From the NCBI GenBank assembly GCA_020536535.1, contig JAHLWZ010000448.1, positions 87,132-151,131 of the forward strand: 64,000 bases of DNA, read 5' to 3'. The position numbers were made by a program, and so were the translations under genes. This DNA is from Pelomyxa schiedti. Its lineage: Eukaryota > Protista > Evosea. The notes under the pieces are model-generated. The model did not search any database. It was not told the origin of the DNA and worked only from the letters and a program-made list of their open reading frames with translations. This document shows, in pieces, positions 55,201-64,000 of this stretch (the stretch's first letter is position 1; every line of letters begins with the position of its first letter).

Positions 55201-57064
55201 TCACAGTTCATCCACCACTTACACCTTTGAGGAATCTCTTTGGGGAAGCTGAATCTTTGCCCGAAGGAATCACCAAACTTGAGGTCGACGATTTTCTCTC
55301 TGATTTTAAGGTGCAACATTACTGCTTTTTCATGAGGAAAGTTCATACACTTTGTGGTGATTTGCTTGTGGAACTATCCGCTCGGGTACTTCCACTCCAA
55401 AAAGTGCTGCAAACTAACCCCAATGAAAGGAAGTGGAAGGAGACTGTGTGAGTATTATTTTCCTTTTATTACTCCTCAAATCAAATCAAACTTAAACATT
55501 TAGTACCAAGAACCAGTACCAAATATCAAATTGGCCAAAGGACAGTCTGAGTTTGAAGAGGGAACTCCCCCTCACACTGGAGAGGAGAATTCAGGAATTG
55601 TAATTTGCCCTCTGGTCACTGCCCCCGAAGGTACAACTGAATTAAATGCTCTGTAGGTAGTTATTTAAACTTTTTCCATGCACAGGTGATGTTGTTCTCA
55701 CACAAGCAACATCCATTCCTCACTCTGATATCGAATCCACAAAACAAGAAGCCGATAAAATTGTGAAGCACGTAAAAGAAATCGCGGATATCAGCAAGCT
55801 TACTTCCCTTGTTGGAAGAATAAATGACCATTTGACTTCTGTTCATCAACAAGAAATCCCCGAGGGTGGTGAATCAATCCGGATTCGCCGAATGGTGGCG
55901 GAATCCGTTGGGCGCATCACTAGCAATCTTAAGGACCTGAGTTGTGACACAACCGTAATCACCGGGAAACTCAACCAAATCGTCACTGTTTCCGATGAAA
56001 TAAACCAGAAGATACAAAGCGCTCAGGAAACGGAAGCCGCTGCAGCTCTCAACGAATTGAAAAATGTGGAACAAACCGCCACAGAATGGTTGCTTAAGCT
56101 TGATGAAATGTGTGCTAAGATGGAAGTACTTGAACGTGAGGCCAGCGATCTCAAGTTAAATCCCTTGCCTCAACCAACAGAAACGGTCACCGCCGCTTCG
56201 CCGCCCAACCTCAACGAACTTCCGCCACCCCTACTACCTGAGAAACCTCCCGCCAACCGTCCAGCAACACCTCCGAAGCAACCAGGGGTGTTCCAACCAC
56301 CCTCACTGCACCCACCTCTAGCAAGTGTGACCTCAACGCCGGGTCCTCAACCATACCAGCCACCACCACCTCAACACTACCAGCCACAACCACCACCACA
56401 GCCAAATATGTCGCGGCACCCCCTGCCCCCGCTCCCCCAAGCCACGCCCACCACAACCCTCCCTTCACAGGGGTCGCCGCTTCCTCCTCCCGGCATGCCA
56501 ACACGGCCACCACCAAACCCGCAACTTTACTCATCACAGCCTAGTAGCCCTCCTCCCGCCAACCTCCCGCCTCCGCCTCATAATATTCCCCCCGTATCGT
56601 ATTCGATAGGCCCCCAGCAGTTCATGAACTCCCCTCCCTTGTATCATCACCCTTCCCCTACCCCTGCCTTTGTCCCAAGCGTTCCACCAACTCAGTACCG
56701 CTACACCAACCCCCCCATTATGAATCACCCACAACCACAACCACAACCACCACAGCAGCAACCACAACCACCCTATGCCCAACACCCTCCCATTACTTCC
56801 CTACCTCCCAACATGCCCCTCCCCCCTCTATATCACACCCCCAACAACTTCATTCCACAAACGGGTCCCTTGCCTCCACTGAACCCTACAGGGAGGGTAA
56901 TGCCATTACCTCCGGCTAACTACAACAACCAACCAATGCCAATGATGCCAATTCCATTTCCAGGACAACCACACCCGCCTGTCTCACAACCAAACATTGT
57001 GAGTCTTCCTACTCACAACACGCCTGTGATGCCCCCACCACCTCCATTCAATAGACGCCCCTAA
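34281..57064 (+). CDS. Giant RNF213/mysterin-like multi-AAA+ ATPase with Pro/Gln-rich N- and C-termini; many exons
   Basis: Motifs in RNF213-family order: LNFLTAKQL, YILTPDFALKLLLI, GGTGVGKT, CFIDE, SIRDIVR, ENLF..MIPLVIVGPPGCSKTLS, YQCS, VLLDEVGL..SPLKVLH, SNRILDEAKTNR, HLRDF, RNFGG, RYIML, KVKTAMERGETVLL, YDVFN, VHNDFRLIV, PAPLLNRFEKY. That both Pro-rich terminal exons belong to this gene is inferred. Confidence 0.85.
39639..42600 (+). repeat. Perfect tandem triplication with a 1000-bp period inside the RNF213-like gene
   Basis: 39639-40600, 40639-41600 and 41639-42600 appear identical, including the poly-A tract. Both junctions carry the reverse complement of 39945-39993. Confidence 0.97.
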
Positions 57065-57170
57065 CGAAAAAACCAACAAGAGGAGTGACTGTTTGTGCTT
57101 TTTCTTTTATTTCTTGCCTACATGTGCAATTGCTTGCGCTTTCTTGTTCACGTGTCTCCAATAAACGTTA

Positions 57171-58053
57171 CTAAGGCAGTACAAGTTGTTTCCTCTGCCA
57201 TTGACTATTGTTGATTATGACACTGAAGAAAGAGTGGAATGTCGCCCATACCTTACAATGTAGTAATAGAAAAAGTCACAGTAGAGAGCAGTTTGTAGCA
57301 TCCCAAATATCCACACAAACCAAGCCCTGTGAGTTGTCAAATAATTTGGGTCTTACAGCAGTGCAGTTACCGGTAGTTTGGTTCTGTGAAATATCGGTAA
57401 ACCCAGTTCAGTAGATACAAGCTACGATAGGCACCAAGAGCAACAATGTAATGTGCCGTAAGGTTCTCCACTTCGCGAGTTTTCTGCAACAAAAAGACTT
57501 GAGGGAGTATAGCCACAGACTCTAGGATAATGCTGAAGGTCCACAGAGTCTATTTATTACCCGGATATTTATTACCCATGTTAGTAGTCCTTAGTAGGTG
57601 CATTATTTGTGGAAACCTCCATAAGGGCATACTCGTCCGTAAACACCAAGGCTAAGGCAGCTGCCGGTGCAATTACATACAAAATCTGGAAGGTGTCATG
57701 GTCTTTGTCATAAGTGGCCTTGTACTTCCGGTAGATAAGGTAGATGGTGTAATAGGATGTTGATAAGAAGACCACTTTGAGGAATGTGTTGTACATGGAC
57801 CAAAAGTTTGTGAAAATGTCCAAGTACCGTGTTGTAAAAACTATGGCGTATAAAATTTGCGTCTTCAGGGATATACCTAAGATTCACGCATAAGTATTTC
57901 GCTAGTACTTCTAGCCAATCTTTACGAAACACAAAATGGGCCGTTTAACGTACCGGAGCACCGTTTTTGTCTTCGTATTTTCCATAGTAGCAAAACGACA
58001 CTGAGCATGTGAACCACATCTCCAGCGATACGGAAAGGATTAAATACTGTCAT
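57171..58053 (-). CDS. ERD2: KDEL/HDEL receptor, multi-exon
   Basis: [92 protein letters not shown]. Confidence 0.96.
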
Positions 58054-58332
58054 TTACGCTCACAACAATACAATCTACGCTGTCACCACTTGTTCGCACA
58101 AGATCTTATTTCCCTCCGTACAATGATCCGCTTTACGTCCAGTCACCAAACAAAAAAAACCAACAAGTGATGAAAGGTTCACTTCACTTTCCCTCAGACT
58201 GAGGCACATTCATTTTCATCCCAACCAATCCATACATTTGATTTTCCCAGGATCCCTCAGTCGAACAGCCCCTCACACTCTCAGGCCAGGGATTTTCCCT
58301 TTTTCTATCCTAAAGACAGTTGCATCTCCCAG

Positions 58333-58450
58333 TTCTTTTTTTTTTCCGTACCTTCGTCGGGTGTGCAACACGCCAATCCTTCTCGTCGTCTCGTTCCCGT
58401 TTCTAACATTTCCGTCCCTCCCCTTCCTCTCCCGTAATTCCATCCGGCAG
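58333..58450 (+). promoter_or_regulatory. Putative 5'-terminal oligopyrimidine tract followed by a 5'-UTR intron of RPS5
   Basis: ttc(t)10cc then gtacct... ctaac (branch point) ...cag at 58450, 9 nt before the ATG. Conserved in the second copy. Confidence 0.55.
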
Positions 58451-58459
58451 TCCCGCACC

Positions 58460-59493
58460 ATGGCCACCACACCCGAGCCCAAGCTTTTCCACAAGTGGAC
58501 GTACGGCGACGTCGTCGTCAACGACATCTCGCTGGTCGACTACATCGCACTCAAGCAAAAAGACAAGTTCGCACAGTACTTGCCCCACACCGCTGGCAGA
58601 TACAACGTAAAGCGCTTCCGCAAAGCACAGTGCCCAATCGCCGAGCGACTCGTAAACGCTCTCATGTTCCACGGCAGGAACAACGGCAAGAAGCTCCTCG
58701 CTGTTANNNNNNNNNNNNNNNNNNNNNNNNNNNNNNNNNNNNNNNNNNNNNNNNNNNNNNNNNNNNNNNNNNNNNNNNNNNNNNNNNNNNNNNNNNNNNN
58801 NNNNNNCACACCGCTGGCAGATACAACGTAAAGCGCTTCCGCAAAGCACAGTGCCCAATCGCCGAGCGACTCGTAAACGCTCTCATGTTCCACGGCAGGA
58901 ACAACGGCAAGAAGCTCCTCGCTGTTAGGTATGTGGTTTTTTCTTTTTCTTTTTCTTTTCCTTTTTTTTTTTTTTTCCCCTCTTTCTTTCCTCTACACAT
59001 ACGCTTCTTTATATATGAGTTATATGTTAACATGGTTTATGCATTCCCCCTCGTTGATGTGGAAATATCACAGAGTTGTGAAGCACGCCTTTGAGGTTAT
59101 CCACCTCATGACAGACAAGAACCCACTTCAGATTCTTGTTGATGCCATTATCAACAGCTGCCCTCGTGAGGACTCTACCCGCGTTGGTACTGCTGGTGTA
59201 GTTAAGAGACAAGCAGTCGATGTTTCACCTCTCCGACGTGTCAATCAATCCCTGTACTTACTCACAACCGGGGTAATTCTCTTTCCACAACCGAAAACAA
59301 AACCCTTCACACAACAAGCACCAAAAAGTACAATGCTTATCACATTTAGGCTCGAAATGCTTCTTTCCGCAACATCAAGACACTCTCCGAATGCCTTGCT
59401 GATGAGATTATGAACGCAGCCAAGGGTTCCTCCAATAGCTTCGCCATCAAGAAGAAGGATGAGATCGAACGTGTTGCCAAGTCCAATCGTTAA
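58460..59493 (+). CDS. RPS5: 40S ribosomal protein S5 (uS7), interrupted by an assembly gap
   Basis: [78 protein letters not shown]. Confidence 0.97.
58707..58806. other. Scaffold gap (100 N) with a 121-bp false overlap
   Basis: 58586-58706 is repeated exactly at 58807-58927. Confidence 0.95.
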
Positions 59494-59581
59494 GTCATTG
59501 TTTCATTTCGGTTTTTCAAAAAAAACAAATCTTTTTTTTGCAAGTCTTTCGCCTTTTTCTTGTTATTGACCGCATGCGGTG

Positions 59582-61199
59582 TTAGTCCCAGTATATTCCA
59601 TAAATAAAGATAGGGATCCCAGCATAGAATGCTGACAGGAGCACGAGCACAGAAATAACCAAACCCACCGTGCTTATTGCGGTAGAGTAACGGCGCCTAA
59701 CAACTTCTGCTAGTAACCCAGTAGCAATGATACCACATGGAGAAAAAACAGACCAGAAGGTAATGGCGGCAGCGAGGCGTACATACATAGAAACAATAGA
59801 AGCAATGCCCAAACTCAGGAGCAGAACCGTGCCAATCCCACAAAACACCCACCCAGTTACAAAAAGAGCAACAGTGTTCCCTGGTTGGAAGGGAACTACC
59901 TGTAAGAGTTTTAGTTGTGTAGCAGGGGGTTAATTGTATTCGGAAACACACTGAAGGTATCTCGATGAGCGTGCTTTTGTCCATGCGATTTACACACTTA
60001 AGCATCATAGTAAAGGCAACGGCACTCAGAATAATGTATGTGAACTCAAAGGGAAACCACGCTATATATGTGCAACCCCACAGATAAATCCAGTCGTCAG
60101 CTGGATTAAATGTGATATTCTCATCACCAAGACAGGCCATCATTATAAATCCCCCCATTATAAATATAAAACCAAGGATGCCAAAGGCCAGCACAGATCC
60201 TAGGGAATCCAAGGGCATTAGACAATCCAGTACAGTGGGACATACTTGCTAAATGCACCTTATTTCTCAATAGAAAGGGGTAATGTGTGTAAAACCAGAA
60301 GAAGTAAATGGAAATTCCAAGGGTCACAGTGGCTGCTGGAGCAAGTATCCAATAAATTAAGGACACAATCTATAAAAAGGATTTAGGGAAACAAAAATCT
60401 CTCAACAGGATGGCGCCATTTACCCCAAATAACAAACTGCAGGCGAGAAGTATTGAGAGCACATTGTAGTAGAACCTGCGGTCATCAGTGAAGAGACCTT
60501 CCAAACGTTTTGAAGACCTAAAGCCACTAATACAAATCTTAAGGTTCGTTACGTGTGGAATATATATCTTTTAAAAACAAAAAAAAAATAACATAGCAAA
60601 GCAAAGCACCCACTACTGTCAATTATTACAAAAACCCATAAGTACCTCGCAATGAACTGTTCAGCCGAGCACATCTGCGGAGCGGAAAAGGCCACGCCCG
60701 GCTTACGCGAAGCCAGAAGATAGCACCCCAACGAAAAGCCCTTCTTTGAAGCGCCTCCGCCTCGGCCGTCGAAGCCTCCGTGCTCGACGACCTCGTACAC
60801 GCCCTCGATGACTCGCTGGGGCTCCTCGTATCGGACCCACTCGCCGCACACGATGCCGCGCGACACGGAGCCGTCGGACATCTTGGGCAGCGTGTCGTAG
60901 ATCGAGTCGCACGCGGCCGAGAACTCGCGGGGCACGATGGAGACGGCGGCCACGGCTGGCGACGACGAAGGGGGGGCGCAGCACGCGGCGGCGGAGGGGT
61001 CACAGCAACCGGTACTCATGGGAAAGGGGGCAGGGGGGGCGAAGCACGCCGTAGGGGTCGAGGCTGGGTAGGCTATGCAGGTCTGTTGAGAGAGCTGCGG
61101 CTGTATTATGGGCGGAGGAGGGTAGTACACAGCCTGAGGCTGCTGTTGAGGTTGCACCCCGACAAGGGGAGTGCGGTCATTGGGGTTGACATAGTACAT
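59582..61199 (-). CDS. Hypothetical multi-pass membrane protein with a Pro/Gln/Tyr/Cys-rich N-terminus, multi-exon
   Basis: MYYVNPNDRTPL..YYPPPP first exon; downstream exons (ORFs 60124, 59697, 59582) supply about 8 hydrophobic helices. Confidence 0.65.
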
Positions 61200-61219
61200 G
61201 AGTGTCGGTTTTCGCTATG

Positions 61220-61381
61220 TATTGGACGTTTCAGTCAAAAACCAGCCACACAAACAAAAAACGAAAACTATCATCAAAATCAAACGAAATGCACTGGGTG
61301 CGCCCAGTGGATAAACTTGTTTTTTGTTGGTTGTTTTTATTTTTCATTCATTATGCCGTTTTTTGACTGAAACGTCCAATA
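61220..61381. mobile_element. Palindromic MITE-like element (TA-flanked, 20-bp perfect TIR)
   Basis: TA-ttggacgtttcagtcaaaaa ... tttttgactgaaacgtccaa-TA, with central hairpin cactggg-tgcg-cccagtg. Confidence 0.7.
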
Positions 61382-61722
61382 TCTGTGTTTCTTTGTTTTT
61401 TTGATGTTTCGAAACGAAAGTGAACTCCTAAAGAAGGAAATGAAGCTTTGGGGCACCCGTGATCCGCCCAGTGTTGCAACTGCAATCCAGCCAACAAGAA
61501 ACAACAACCTGCTACAACCTCCTCAGATTGATCGACGGGAGTGAGACCTGGATTTCTGGACGAGAGGTGCCAGTCCTCCGAAATTTGGGAGAGTTTTCAG
61601 GTACTGAGTGTTACACGGTCTTGCACACCTGTTTCATCTCTCATCTCTTCTTTTTTCTGTTTTCCAATTTCTGTCAATTTCTCTTTGCATCGACAGAGTG
61701 CCCTGCGTCGATTCACGACGAA

Positions 61723-62802
61723 ATGCTGAGCGGGTTAATTAGTTATAAACCGGCGCTTGTGTTCAATGCTGTGCTGGCTGCACCTTCTTTCAGAGGTGCC
61801 AAGTCGGTGCCCGCTGCGAAGAAGAAGAAAACACTCAAGACAGTTTTGGCTGGTCCTCCCGCCAGGTATGCATACCTTCACTTTCGTTGCTGTAATTTAG
61901 GGCGCACAACCTTTTCGCATTTAATTTGAAATCACCAGTGGCAAGGGGACACAATGTGATTTGATTTCGAAGACGTACGGTGTTACACACATTTCTACTG
62001 GTGACCTTTTACGTAAAGAGGTATAACTTCACTTAGTACTTGCACTTACACTTTGAAAAGTGTAAAAACTTAATTTTCCACATTAGATCAAAGAATTGAC
62101 TCCTCTTGGCAAGAAAGTGAAGCCTTACACCACCTCTGGATTGCTCGTCCCAGATTCGTTGATCATTGAGCTCGTTTCTAACGTTCTACAAACTGAACCC
62201 TGCCTTTCCAAGGTAACTTCGAGTTGAAAACCTAAAGCTAATTCAACCCAATTACAGGGTTGGCTTCTTGATGGGTTCCCACGTACTCCAGAACAAGCTA
62301 AAAAACTTGTCAAGCTGAAACTACTTCCTGATCACGTAATTGTTCTTGGTGAACCCCGTTCTTTCTTGTCAATACATTTATAATATAATAATAGACATTC
62401 CTGATGACACCGCCGTGCAAAGGAGCATAGGAAGGAGGATTGATCCCGTTACAAACGCTGTAATTATTTATCAAATTTAAAGAAGAAATTTGATATCTCA
62501 CAAACACTAGGTATACAACGTGGATTTCTCTATGCCCAAAGACCCGGTACCCATTCCCTTTCTCAATTTACAGCGGGAAGCTCAATCAAACTCACGATTG
62601 ACTGCACCAGGCCGTCTTAGCACGACTCATACAACGAGACGATGACACGGAGGCCAAAATGCGCGTCCGGCTGAAGCTGTACCACGAGGCACTCGCGGCC
62701 ACCAGCGTGTTCAAAAAGGCTGGTGTATCCATCCACCACGTCAACGCCCTCCAGCACCGCGACACAGTCTTCTCTGAAATAAGAAAGATTCTGGACCTGT
62801 AG
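61723..62802 (+). CDS. Adenylate kinase with a basic N-terminal extension, multi-exon
   Basis: [59 protein letters not shown]. Confidence 0.92.
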
Positions 62803-62847
62803 ACCAAAGACCCTCACTTGGGTGCATGTTTTTTTCCTGCTTTTATT

Positions 62848-62947
62848 NNNNNNNNNNNNNNNNNNNNNNNNNNNNNNNNNNNNNNNNNNNNNNNNNNNNN
62901 NNNNNNNNNNNNNNNNNNNNNNNNNNNNNNNNNNNNNNNNNNNNNNN
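62848..62947. other. Scaffold gap (100 N)
   Basis: Run of N. Confidence 0.99.
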
Positions 62948-63360
62948 CCGTAAACACCAAGGCTAAGGCAGCTGCCGGTGCAATTACATACAAAATCTGG
63001 AAGGTGTCATGGTCTTTGTCATAAGTGGCCTTGTACTTCCGGTAGATAAGGTAGATGGTGTAATAGGAGGTTGATAAGAAGACCACTTTGAGGAATGTGT
63101 TGTACATGGACCAAAAGTTTGTGAAAATGTCCAAGTACCGTGTTGTAAAAACTATGGCGTATAAAATTTGCGTCTTGAGGGATATACCTAAGATTCACGC
63201 ATAAGTATTTCCCTAGTCCGCCCTCTCTTTACGAAACACAAAATGGGCCGTTTAACGTACCGGAGCACCGTTTTTGTCTTCGTATTTTCCATAGTAGCAA
63301 AACGACACTGAGCATGTGAACCACATCTCCAGCGATACGGAAAGGGTTAAATACTGTCAT
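62948..63360 (-). CDS. ERD2: ERD2 second copy (5' part only)
   Basis: Near-identical to 57637-58053; the coding differences seen are synonymous. Confidence 0.85.
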
Positions 63361-63753
63361 TTACGCTCACAACAATACAATCTACGCTATCACCACTTGT
63401 TGGCACAAGATCTTATTTCCCTACGAGCAATGATCCGCTTTACGTCCAGTCACCAAACAAAAAACCAAGAAGTGATGAAAAGTTCACTCCGCTTTCCTCC
63501 CACTGAGGCACATCTTCACCCCCAAACAATGCATGCATTTGCTTTGACCAGGGTCCCTCAGTCGAACAGTTCCTCAAACTGGCAGGCCTTGGATTTTCCC
63601 TTTTTCTATCCTAAAGACAGTTGCATCTCCCAGTTCTTTTTTTTTTTTCCGTACCTTCGTCGGGTGTGCAACACGCCAATCCTTCTCGTCGTCTCGTTCC
63701 CGTTTCTAACATTTCCGTCCCTCCCCCATAATTCCATCCGGCAGTCCCGCACC

Positions 63754-64000
63754 ATGGCCACCACACCCGAGCCCAAGCTGTTCCACAAGTGGACGTACGG
63801 CGACGTCGTCGTCAACGACATCTCGCTGGTCGACTACATCGCACTCAAGCAAAAAGACAAGTTCGCACAGTACTTGCCACACACCGCTGGCAGATACAAC
63901 GTAAAGCGCTTCCGCAAAGCACAGTGCCCAATCGCCGAGCGACTCGTAAACGCTCTCATGTTCCACGGCAGGAACAACGGCAAGAAGCTCCTCGCTGTTA
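63754..64000 (+). CDS. RPS5: RPS5 second copy (5' part only)
   Basis: Matches 58460-58706 with two synonymous changes (ctt/ctg, ccc/cca). Confidence 0.9.
   Translation, partial: MATTPEPKLFHKWTYGDVVVNDISLVDYIALKQKDKFAQYLPHTAGRYNVKRFRKAQCPIAERLVNALMFHGRNNGKKLLAV

Noticed and set aside
58165-58205. Box C/D snoRNA candidate (gtgatga...ctga)
   Set aside because: Only ~35 nt, no terminal stem, and the guide region differs between the two copies.

Overview
A gene-dense, intron-rich eukaryotic (protist) window read in the standard genetic code, with short GT-AG introns of mostly 40-70 nt, so the ORF track shows only exon fragments. The gene style suggests a free-living amoebozoan such as Pelomyxa, but that is inference. 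Recognisable genes, in order: CDC40/PRP17, a Sel1-repeat/coiled-coil/PINK1-like kinase fusion, DPH5, a tandem two-domain citrate-synthase-like gene, an MFS transporter, a secreted Sel1 protein, an Akr1-type DHHC palmitoyltransferase, TMEM144, TRAPPC2, an ARPC1-like WD40 gene, sphingosine-1-phosphate lyase, a Ras, a ~23 kb RNF213/mysterin-like AAA+ gene, ERD2, RPS5 and adenylate kinase. The main structural findings are three. (1) A perfect 1000-bp triplication inside the RNF213-like gene, whose junction is a 49-bp inverted template switch that happens to form an in-frame GT-AG intron. (2) A nested pair of inverted-repeat elements at 8547-11998, with the inner insertion and its 2-bp TSD shown directly by the interrupted outer repeat. 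(3) A palindromic 162-bp MITE-like element. Two 100-N gaps and a second ERD2-RPS5 copy look like assembly or haplotype bubbles. Gene ends and splice sites were read by eye.
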